64,000 bases of DNA, from positions 10,279 through 74,278 of the forward strand of contig CAYPXR010000093.1 of assembly GCA_964414585.1 (NCBI GenBank), in the 5' to 3' direction. The stretch comes from an uncultured Planctomycetaceae bacterium (GTDB lineage: Bacteria > Planctomycetota > Phycisphaerae > UBA1845 > UTPLA1). The position numbers were made by a program, and so were the translations under genes. The notes beneath the pieces are model-generated. The model was given only the letters and a program-made list of their open reading frames with translations, was not told the DNA's origin and searched no databases. Below, in pieces: positions 26,950-35,355 of the stretch (its first letter is position 1; every line of letters starts with the position of its first letter).

Positions 26950-27032
26950 GCGCAATGGTATTTGTTAATACGCAGCCGAACACGAATTCGCTCTCAGGCA
27001 ACCCAGCTTCATTTCGCCTGCGCCGCCGGCAA

Positions 27033-28931
27033 TCAGAAGAACGTCATCAGGAAAATGATCAGCCGCACCTGGTCGGCCAGGGCCGTCTTCACTGGTGACG
27101 AGCTCATCCAATCCGGCGGTGGCATCTCATCGTCGATCTTGTCGAGCAGGCTGCTCAGGGCCGCGGTCGCGCCGGCGTAATGGCCCTGGGCGATCAGGTT
27201 TGCGGCTTCGCTGGCACGGTTGGCCAGTGCGGTTCGGCGACCCGAATTGGCGTTGTTATTCGGGCCGTTGAACTGGTTCAGGTTGAGCGAGAGGATCGCG
27301 GAAGCCAACTGACGCGTGGCGTTCTCGAGGAAACCGCTGGTGACACCAGGCTGATTGGGGATCGGGTCGATAGCGTCATTCACGCCGTCGCCGTCGGAGT
27401 CGGGATTGCACGGCGATGTACCGAGGGTCATCGCCTCGAACCCATCCGAAAGGCCATCATCGTCCGAATCCACATCAAGCGGGTTCGGGCAGCTGCCACC
27501 CATGGCCATGTCAATTTCTGTGCCGTCGAGCAGACCGTCGCCGTCGGTGTCCGGATTGTGGGGGTTGGTACCGGCGGCCGTCTCGTCCGTGTCGGAAAGC
27601 CCGTCGTTGTCGTCATCCGGGTCGCAGACGTCGCCCAGGCCATCGCCGTCGAAGTCGGCCTGATCGGCATTAGCAATGCTCGGGCAATTGTCGACATCCC
27701 CGCAAACGCCGTCCGCGTCGGCGTCATTGCCGGCATCGTTTGGACACGCGTCGCAGACGTTTCCGAGGCCGTCGCCATCGGCGTCGGCTTGATCGCTGTT
27801 CGCATCGGCCGGACAGTTGTCGACATTTCCGCAAATGCCGTCGCCGTCGGCGTCGTCATTCGGATCGAGCGGACAGATGTCGCAGGCGTCGCCGTTCGCG
27901 TCGCCGTCCGCGTTTTCCTGGCCGGCGTTGGCGATGGCAGGGCAGTTATCGATGCAGTCGGCGATGCCGTCGCTGTCACCGTCGGAATCGGGCTGACCGC
28001 AGCCGCAGACGCCGGGACCGGTCTTATTTGGATCGGTCGGACAAGCGTCGTTGCAATCCGCTACGCCGTCATTGTCACCGTCGGCGTCGGGAGTGCCGCA
28101 GCCGCAGGCGCCGGGCGCCGTCTTGGCAGGGTCGTTCGGGCATCCATCGATGCAATCGGGCGTGCCGTCGGTGTCGGAGTCGGTGTCCGCCACGCCGCAG
28201 CCGCAGACGCCAGGCGCCGTCTTGGCCGCGTCGTATGGGCAGCCGTCGCAGGCATCGCCGACGCCATCGCTGTCGGCATCAGCCTGATCGGCATTGGACG
28301 TGGTCACGCAATTGTCGGTCGCGTCGGGAACGCCATCGGAGTCGGCATCCAACAGGGCAAATCTCAAGTTGTCGATGATGCCGGAGAAAGCCGCGACATC
28401 CACGCGCGCAATCGGTGTCGCCGAGGTAATACCGATGAAGCCGTATTCAAGGAAGCCGCAGCCCGTGCCGTCGATGAAGGCGCCGGTGAACTCGGCGGTC
28501 TCAATGAAGTTGCCGTTGATATCTCGAGCGGTGAAGGTGGCGTTTTGAAAGGCAATGGCCACGAACACGCAGCCGAAGGCGCTGACCGGCGGATTGAACA
28601 CCATGGACTGGGTCTGGGAGGCGACCAGGCCGTAGGGCGTGGAACCCCCGGCGATGTTCTGAACGATGCGAAAACAGGAATCACTGTCCTGCGTAAGGCG
28701 TGTGTTGGGGAGAAAAGAGACACCCAAGCCCGCATATTCAGTGCTGGGCAGGGTTTGGCCCGATGTTACGGGTAGGGTATTGCCGGAACCGTCCTGCTCG
28801 AAGGTGATCTGAGTGTGTGAGATGGAAGTGAAAAAACTGGAGTCCGTGATCGGCGCTGCCTGCGCCAGGCTCGCGCCGACGATCAAACAGAACGCACCCG
28901 TGAGCGAAATCCGAACAAGGCTGGTTTTCAT
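27033..28931 (-). CDS. secreted protein with long array of thrombospondin type-3 (Ca-binding) repeats
   Basis: Signal peptide MKTSLVRISLTGAFCLIVGASLAQA. More than 15 units of the D-x-D-x-DG-x-x-D-x-C-D/P type (DADSDGVPDATDNC, DSDGDSDGIADCIDNCP, ...). Helical C-terminus. Confidence 0.8.
   Translation of the reverse strand: MKTSLVRISLTGAFCLIVGASLAQAAPITDSSFFTSISHTQITFEQDGSGNTLPVTSGQTLPSTEYAGLGVSFLPNTRLTQDSDSCFRIVQNIAGGSTPYGLVASQTQSMVFNPPVSAFGCVFVAIAFQNATFTARDINGNFIETAEFTGAFIDGTGCGFLEYGFIGITSATPIARVDVAAFSGIIDNLRFALLDADSDGVPDATDNCVTTSNADQADADSDGVGDACDGCPYDAAKTAPGVCGCGVADTDSDTDGTPDCIDGCPNDPAKTAPGACGCGTPDADGDNDGVADCNDACPTDPNKTGPGVCGCGQPDSDGDSDGIADCIDNCPAIANAGQENADGDANGDACDICPLDPNDDADGDGICGNVDNCPADANSDQADADGDGLGNVCDACPNDAGNDADADGVCGDVDNCPSIANADQADFDGDGLGDVCDPDDDNDGLSDTDETAAGTNPHNPDTDGDGLLDGTEIDMAMGGSCPNPLDVDSDDDGLSDGFEAMTLGTSPCNPDSDGDGVNDAIDPIPNQPGVTSGFLENATRQLASAILSLNLNQFNGPNNNANSGRRTALANRASEAANLIAQGHYAGATAALSSLLDKIDDEMPPPDWMSSSPVKTALADQVRLIIFLMTFF
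27400..28330 (-). repeat. degenerate tandem coding repeats (TSP3 units)
   Basis: Recurrent gacgccgacggcgac / gtcgccgtcgg-type units on both strands. These generate the many shadow ORFs in the track here. Confidence 0.7.
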
Positions 28932-29363
28932 GTTTAGCTCCCAGTGAAGTTGGAGGTAATTCAGCGATCCCCATTGATGATTGATTCATCGGTCATTGCA
29001 TACGGCGAACCCGACCCATACGGTCGCTGGCAGAATCTGCGGTGTCGAACGCCCCCGATTCTCGATGGGCGACCAGGCGACACGACTCGAATTCCCCTCA
29101 AGAGTCACTCACAAACCCGCGAGAATCTCTTGAATGTGGCCAGCTAATCAAAATATCGAGAAATACCCGCGGCGCGCTCGTCCGATTTTTCGCTAAAATT
29201 TTTTGAGATCGCGGTCGTGGCCGCTTGTCGGTGACGCCGCCTCGATCCAGACCCGCCCGAAACGACTTCCTGGAATAACGAATGTTGAAGAGTTGCCCTT
29301 TGGAGCCCGGATCGCGATGATTACGGCGAATGACGATAAAGTGATTCCTGCTAAGGGTTAACA

Positions 29364-30482
29364 ATGCTCGATCCCCGCATCACCAAGCTCGCCGACGTCC
29401 TCGTGAACTACTCCTGTGCCGTCAAGCCCGGTGAGACGATCCTGATCGAGGCGATTGACGTCCCGCACGAGTTTACCTGCGAGCTGGTCCGTGTCGCGCG
29501 GGAGGCCGGCGCGGTTCCGGTCACCAGGCTGCAATCCAACCAGGTCCGGCGGGCCATGATGCTCGCCGGGTGCATGGAGGGCTGGGAGATCGTCGCCGAC
29601 AACGAGGCGGCGTTGATGCAGAACATGAAGTGCTACATCGGCGCGCGGGGCAACCCGAACGTGAGCGAGCTGTCCGATGTTCCGTCGGACGCGCAGGGGA
29701 TGTACGAAAAGACGGTCTGGCAGCGCGTGCATACCCAGATTCGCGTGAAGAAAACGCGCTGGGTCGTCATTCGCTGGCCGAGCCCGTCGATGGCGCAGAT
29801 GGCGGAAATGTCCACGGAGGCCTTCGAGGATTTCTACTTCAACGTCTGCACGATGGACTACCGCCGGATGTCCGCCGCGATGAAGCCGCTGGCCGAGCGA
29901 ATGATGAAGACCGACGTCGTGCGGCTCGTCGGCCCGCGCGATACCGATCTGACCTTCAGCATCAAGGACATTCCGGCCATCCCGTGCGACGGCGAGCGAA
30001 ACATCCCAGACGGCGAGGTCTTCACCGCGCCGGTGCGGGAATCCATCAACGGCATTATCCATTTCAACTCACCGACGCTCTACCGCGGCGAGACACACAA
30101 CGACGTCCGGCTCGTTTTCAAGAACGGCAAGATCATCGAGGCTACCAGCACCAATACGACCAAGCTCAATGAAGTACTCGATGCCGACGAGGGGGCCCGC
30201 TACGTCGGCGAATTCGCCATCGGTTTCAATCCTTACTGCACGAAACCGATGAAGGACATCCTTTTCGACGAGAAGATCGCCGGGTCGATTCACCTCACCC
30301 CCGGCAACTGTTACGACGAGGCCAGCAACGGCAACCGGAGCACGATTCACTGGGACATGGTCTTGCGACAGACGCCGGACGTCGGCGGTGGTGAGATGTA
30401 TTTTGACGGCAAGCTCGTCCGCAAAGACGGCCGATTCGTCAGCGATGAATTGAAGCCGCTCAATCCTGAAAATCTCAAATAG
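29364..30482 (+). CDS. aminopeptidase, M29 (AmpS/PepS, aminopeptidase T-like) family
   Basis: 372 aa. N-terminus MLDPRITKLADVLVNYSCAVKPGETILIEA and C-terminal GxHxAxG-like IAGSIHLTPG fit the thermophilic metalloprotease M29 pattern. Confidence 0.85.
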   Translation: MLDPRITKLADVLVNYSCAVKPGETILIEAIDVPHEFTCELVRVAREAGAVPVTRLQSNQVRRAMMLAGCMEGWEIVADNEAALMQNMKCYIGARGNPNVSELSDVPSDAQGMYEKTVWQRVHTQIRVKKTRWVVIRWPSPSMAQMAEMSTEAFEDFYFNVCTMDYRRMSAAMKPLAERMMKTDVVRLVGPRDTDLTFSIKDIPAIPCDGERNIPDGEVFTAPVRESINGIIHFNSPTLYRGETHNDVRLVFKNGKIIEATSTNTTKLNEVLDADEGARYVGEFAIGFNPYCTKPMKDILFDEKIAGSIHLTPGNCYDEASNGNRSTIHWDMVLRQTPDVGGGEMYFDGKLVRKDGRFVSDELKPLNPENLK

Positions 30483-30501
30483 CACGAATCAAGCGTGGGA
30501 G

Positions 30502-31404
30502 TCAATCCGTCATTGCCTCTTCACGACTGACCTCGGTCGGCTGCGATCGCGCGGAGACGAAGATCCCGGCGAGGATGAGCCCGCCGCCGACGGCCTGCAA
30601 TCCCGCGATGGGCTCGTGAAGAAAGAAGTAGGCAAAGAGCGTCGCGCCGACCGGCTCGCCGAGAATGCAGACGGCGATCAGCGTCGCGGTGACGTGTTTC
30701 AAGGCATAGTTCAGGACACCATGCCCGATGAGTTGGGGGACAATGCCGAGCAGAAGGAAGCAAACGTACGTCGAAGTCTGATAGCCCCGTGGTGACTGGC
30801 CCATGACCGCGACGGCCGCGCAGAGCAGGACCGCGGCGACTCCGTTGACTGAAAGCAAATAGGAAAACGCGTCGACGTCCCGTCTCACCCGTCGTCCGAT
30901 CATCAGATACCCGGACATCATGATGGCGCCGCCAAGCGATAGCAGGTTTCCATAGACGGAACCCGGTGCGCCGCGCGCATCGGAAAAGGTGATCAGCACG
31001 CCGCCGGCCGCGCCGAGCAGAATGCCAAGGACGAGTCCCTGGCTGACGCGCTCCTTGAAGAACAAATACGAGCCGATGCCCACGAAAAGCGGATTGGTGG
31101 TGACGAGGACGACGGAACTGAGAACCGACGTGTGCTTGAGTGACGTAATCCAAAAAGCGAAATGCGCGGCGATCATGATTCCGGCCAGCGCGACAAACTT
31201 TCTCTGCGCGGAGGGTACCTTCAGGAGTTTTCCGCCGCGCGTCGCGGTCATAATCGGCAGCAGGACGAGCGTGGCGATCGCCATCCGCGCCGCGGCGATG
31301 ACCAGCGGCGGCGCGTCGATGGAGAGTTTGATAAAGATCGAGGCCGAAGAAATCGAAAGGACGCCCACCACGAGCGCCAGCGGCATGGGGAGGCTTCGTT
31401 TCAT
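30502..31404 (-). CDS. EamA/DMT-superfamily transporter
   Basis: 300 aa, about 10 TM segments, two EamA-like halves. Confidence 0.85.
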   Translation of the reverse strand: MKRSLPMPLALVVGVLSISSASIFIKLSIDAPPLVIAAARMAIATLVLLPIMTATRGGKLLKVPSAQRKFVALAGIMIAAHFAFWITSLKHTSVLSSVVLVTTNPLFVGIGSYLFFKERVSQGLVLGILLGAAGGVLITFSDARGAPGSVYGNLLSLGGAIMMSGYLMIGRRVRRDVDAFSYLLSVNGVAAVLLCAAVAVMGQSPRGYQTSTYVCFLLLGIVPQLIGHGVLNYALKHVTATLIAVCILGEPVGATLFAYFFLHEPIAGLQAVGGGLILAGIFVSARSQPTEVSREEAMTD

Positions 31405-31676
31405 GGGGCGAATTCTTCCATAATTTTCAGGTGTGGTCTAACGCCCGATGCCGCGCAATTTTAGGGTAGTATTACCCGTTTTATATTTTTGTCGAAAACA
31501 CCAAATCATATCGGTCCATGGCTGCGAGGCCATAACTTGTTGTCAGATATGTCTTAATGAATTCAACTGCGGAAATCAGTTTCTCGCAACGCGTTGGCAT
31601 ATGTTGTGTCTAATGACAGGTGGGGGCTCGACGTCTTGAGTTCATGCCTGTGTCGCGCAACCCGAGGAGGTATCGC

Positions 31677-32066
31677 GTGTCGGAGACGTGTGAGGAAACT
31701 GAGATCGAGTCTGCCCTGGGGGAGACCCGGTATCTGCTGGAGCGATGGAGAATCTCGGTCTCCACTTCGGGATTTCTCTGGATCGAACCGTTGGGAAAAA
31801 CCGTAAGCCCGGAGGAGCTGGCAGGTCTGCTCTCTTTGCTGGCGCGCGGGTGCGATGCGGAGTATCCCAAAGTCATCAAACTCGATTTCAGCTCTGCCAG
31901 GATCGTCGGCGAGCAGTGGACCATGGTGGAGTCGCTACTGACCGATTTCGCCGCGCGCGTCGCCGGAACGCTGCGTTTCGTAAGATCGACGGCTCGTCCG
32001 GCCGCGGCGGTCCTCATCATTCGCAGCAGCGATGCTGATACGACGCACCAGCGCAATGATCCTTGA
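31677..32066 (+). CDS. hypothetical small protein (weak STAS-like resemblance)
   Basis: GAGGAGG 6 nt before GTG 31677. VIKLDFSSARIVGEQWTMVESLLTDFAARV loosely resembles an anti-sigma antagonist fold. Low-GC gap. The antisense ORF 31610..32104 is rejected. Confidence 0.35.
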   Translation: MSETCEETEIESALGETRYLLERWRISVSTSGFLWIEPLGKTVSPEELAGLLSLLARGCDAEYPKVIKLDFSSARIVGEQWTMVESLLTDFAARVAGTLRFVRSTARPAAAVLIIRSSDADTTHQRNDP

Positions 32067-32422
32067 TGAGGAATTGACAACCACTCAATTCTTTCTGGGC
32101 CCAATTTTTCGCAATGTGGGCAATATCACCAGCTTTATCTTCGGTCTTACCGTTACATGGATAAGGTAAAACCCTTATCCCAAAAAATCGCTGCAATTTG
32201 TTGACATCGTTGCGCCAGAAGCGGACAATGCGCGCAGTAGCTGATTCCTCGGGTTGAGCAACAACATCAAGTCTCAACGCTTCAACGGCGCTCGCCCAAA
32301 AATCTAATTTGATCAAGGGACGGTCGTCCCTTCGCAGAAAACCGTACCGGCTTGACCGACTCGTCGAGCTATTTGCGCGTTGGATCGGGGTACGAAACTG
32401 CTCAAATTGGAGGTTAAGTAAG

Positions 32423-35290
32423 ATGGCTACTCATTCAAAATCTGGTCGAGCGTTGGGAAGATGGCCTGGACTCCTCGGTAGCGTGGCCACGATGTGCTTC
32501 GTGTATTGCGAGCAGTCACATGCCGTTGTTTATCAGTTTGCGGCGACGTTCGGACAAGAGTGCCCGCCCTGCCCCGCGGTCGGCTCGCCCGGCGCCGGTG
32601 GCGCGTCGTTCCTCCTCGACAGCACGACGAGCATCGCATCATACAACATAACATTCGGCGGCCTGTCGAGCCCAGAGACGGCTGCCCACGTTCATGGGCC
32701 CGCGAACCCATGCGGCGGATCACCTCCCGTTACAGGTCCCATCATCTATCCCTTGCCGTTGGGGAGCCCAAAAATCGGCAGTTCACCGGCCCTCTCAGCG
32801 GCACAAGTCGCTGATATGATTGCGGGCCGACATTACGTCAACATCCATTCGCAAAACTGCGGCGCCGGAGAAATCCGCGCCCAGATTGTCGAAATCCCGC
32901 AAGCCTGCTGTTTGCCGGGCGGCGGCTGCGCGATGTTGTTGGTCGACCCCTGTCGCGCTCAAGGCGGCACGCCTCAAGGCCCCAACACGACTTGCAGTCC
33001 GGCGCTCGAAGCCTGCTGTCTGCCGAATGGCGGTTGCATGACGATCGATCCGATCTGTTGCGACGATGCCGGCGGGACCTCCAAGGGTCCGGGTTCGGCC
33101 TGTCAAGGAGACAACAACGGAAACCAGATCGATGATGCCTGCGAATACAGGAATTGGGTCATTGCGGACGACTTTAATTACACGCAGCAGTGTCCGGAGT
33201 GTAAATGTGATTTCGATGGCGATGGCCAATGCACGACGTTCGGCGACTTCCAAATGCTCCAGAACTGTTTCGGCCCGGTCGCTCCGGGCTGTGAATTCGC
33301 CGACTTGAACTGCGACGGAGTTGTCAATAACCTGGACGCCAGCATCTGGACCTGCTTGGCTGGCGGAGGATTGAACTGCTGCCCGATTGTCACGCCGCCT
33401 CCGCCGCCGCCCATCACCGATGTGAAGTGGTGCGGCTCGTGGCTCGACCCGTCTTTCGATCCCAAGCTTACCCCCCAGCCCCGAAAAGCGGACACGTGGC
33501 TGGTCGCGCTTCATCGAGATATTCCGGCTCAGCCCTGTCCGACCGGCGCCGATTACGACGCCTGCGGAATCGTCGATCCGAGTTCACCCTGCCCGACCTT
33601 TACTCCTGACGGCTCCGCGACGCCGATTCCACTCGCGACCGCCGCCTGTGGTGTACCGGGTTGCCTGATTCCGCCCGCCGGGTATTGGCGAATCTGTGCG
33701 CGTTATCTGCCCAACTGCACTTCCGGTTGTGCGCCTGCACCGGGCGCGCTTTGCATACTTCAATTTCTGCCCTGCGACACCGGGATCAGTCGACCGTCCG
33801 ACTTGATCGCCCAGTGGGTTTTCAACGAAACCGACGTGCCGTGGATCAACGCCGGCAAGGCCGGTTGCGATCAGCACAATATTTTCTGCTGGGGGCCCGT
33901 GCCGCTGAGTCGGGCCTGTCTCGTTCATAACTGCGCCGGCCCGGATGAAATCGATCCGCTCAATCCCGGCGTCTTTCACCCGCGTCCGAACGCGACGTAC
34001 TGGATCAGCTTCCAGGCGGCGGTCGGTCATCTCATCATTCATACGCCGCAACCGTGCTGCATTCCTGGCGCGGGTTGCCTGATGTTGATCCACGCGGATT
34101 GTCTCGCGCAAGGCGGCATTCCCCAGGCCGGCGCCGCCTGCAACGCAACCACATGCAGTCCGCCGGGTCCGCCGGCGCCGCCGTTGCCGTGTGGAGAGAT
34201 TCAATCCCCTCAATTCGTCGATCGTGATTTCTGGGGATGGCACACAACGCCCCCCGGCTATCATCACTTGGACGACGCCTACATGGGGATGTTGTCCATG
34301 AGCTGCCGTATGGAGTGGATCTATCACTGGATGAACCATCTCCATTGGAGTCAGCCGCCTTATTATCCGTGCGCCGACGATCCGACCAAATCCATCGACA
34401 TGGCGTTCTGCCTCTATGACAACAGCCAGGGGACCGGACAAGTCCTCTGGTATCAGCCCACCAATCCCGGACCGCCGCCTCCGCCGATCCCGCCGATCGT
34501 TCCCCACCTGCCGCCCATTGGGGGAATCGATGAACTGAAAAACACGATCGCTCAAGCTCAGTTAAATCTCTTTAGTTTCGGGACCGGCACGGTCGTTGCC
34601 CAGGGGCCGACGATTATCGAACGGAGCAACCCCATGACAGGGCCGCCGGACGTCATCGACACGGAAATCATCGCAATGAACTTGACGGGCAACTCGCCCT
34701 TCGGTCCTGCCATTGTGATCGAGCGGCCGGATGCCCATAGCCTGGGCAAGACCTTGATGCCAGGTCCGGGTGTTGCGCTGGACAGCTTCTTCGACGTATT
34801 TGTCGAGATTCAGATACCGTCTGCGCCACCGGGCTTTCAAAACCTGATTACCCAGGTCCCGGTTCACGTACAAGCCGTTGGCGGAATTTGGGAGGTTCCG
34901 CCCTCGCAGGCCGACTACCAGGGCCCCTCCAGCGGCCCCGTGCTCCTCTTTGATCGCAGCAACCTGACCCAGGCCGTCGGCGAGCTGATCTTCGTCAGCC
35001 ATCGCGTGATCTATCGCGGTGGTGTCGATATCCACAGCGACATCGACTGGGGCCGCGCCCCGATGGAGTGTACCTGCAAAGGCGACATGAATGCGGACGG
35101 CCTGCTCAACGGAGGCGACATCAAGCTCTTCGTAAACTGCATGCTGGCTCCGCCAATTCCATTGGGTTGCCCGTGCGATTGTGCGGACATGGACGGCAAC
35201 GGCGCGCTCAATCAGTTCGACATCGCGCCGTTTGTGAACCAGATGTTGCAGAATCCCAAGGCGGTGTGTCCGCCGCTGATTTGTCCGTAG
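32423..35290 (+). CDS. large secreted protein: CHRD domain, three Cys-rich CC(L/I)PxGGC modules, dockerin/EF-hand-like repeats
   Basis: GGAGG before ATG 32423, then a signal peptide. CHRD-like ...ETAAHVHGPANPCG...GRHYVNIHS. ACCLPGGGCAML..., ACCLPNGGCMTI..., PCCIPGAGCLML.... C-terminal GDMNADGLLNGGDIKLFVNCML and DMDGNGALNQFDIAPFVNQML. Confidence 0.8.
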   Translation: MATHSKSGRALGRWPGLLGSVATMCFVYCEQSHAVVYQFAATFGQECPPCPAVGSPGAGGASFLLDSTTSIASYNITFGGLSSPETAAHVHGPANPCGGSPPVTGPIIYPLPLGSPKIGSSPALSAAQVADMIAGRHYVNIHSQNCGAGEIRAQIVEIPQACCLPGGGCAMLLVDPCRAQGGTPQGPNTTCSPALEACCLPNGGCMTIDPICCDDAGGTSKGPGSACQGDNNGNQIDDACEYRNWVIADDFNYTQQCPECKCDFDGDGQCTTFGDFQMLQNCFGPVAPGCEFADLNCDGVVNNLDASIWTCLAGGGLNCCPIVTPPPPPPITDVKWCGSWLDPSFDPKLTPQPRKADTWLVALHRDIPAQPCPTGADYDACGIVDPSSPCPTFTPDGSATPIPLATAACGVPGCLIPPAGYWRICARYLPNCTSGCAPAPGALCILQFLPCDTGISRPSDLIAQWVFNETDVPWINAGKAGCDQHNIFCWGPVPLSRACLVHNCAGPDEIDPLNPGVFHPRPNATYWISFQAAVGHLIIHTPQPCCIPGAGCLMLIHADCLAQGGIPQAGAACNATTCSPPGPPAPPLPCGEIQSPQFVDRDFWGWHTTPPGYHHLDDAYMGMLSMSCRMEWIYHWMNHLHWSQPPYYPCADDPTKSIDMAFCLYDNSQGTGQVLWYQPTNPGPPPPPIPPIVPHLPPIGGIDELKNTIAQAQLNLFSFGTGTVVAQGPTIIERSNPMTGPPDVIDTEIIAMNLTGNSPFGPAIVIERPDAHSLGKTLMPGPGVALDSFFDVFVEIQIPSAPPGFQNLITQVPVHVQAVGGIWEVPPSQADYQGPSSGPVLLFDRSNLTQAVGELIFVSHRVIYRGGVDIHSDIDWGRAPMECTCKGDMNADGLLNGGDIKLFVNCMLAPPIPLGCPCDCADMDGNGALNQFDIAPFVNQMLQNPKAVCPPLICP

Positions 35291-35320
35291 TCCGGACCTC
35301 ATTGGCACACGTTGATCATC

Positions 35321-35355
35321 AAAGCCCCCGGCAAGCGTGCCGGGGGCTTTTCTTT
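35321..35355. terminator. perfect 14-bp-stem palindrome plus T-run (REP-like copy 1 / bidirectional terminator)
   Basis: AAAGCCCCCGGCAAGCGTGCCGGGGGCTTTTCTTT between convergent genes (32423..35290 + and 35354..38191 -). Differs from 63644..63673 at 1 of 30 positions. Confidence 0.7.

Noticed and set aside
27400-28330. Highly repetitive DNA that could be mistaken for a repeat array or CRISPR
   Set aside because: The repeats are degenerate and contiguous without unique spacers. They translate in frame into TSP3 Ca-binding units of a signal-peptide protein.
29098-29364. 88-aa minus-strand ORF in the TSP3/M29 intergenic region
   Set aside because: No RBS, Arg/Ser-rich odd composition, and it ends exactly at the M29 start. 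It is likely non-coding promoter DNA.
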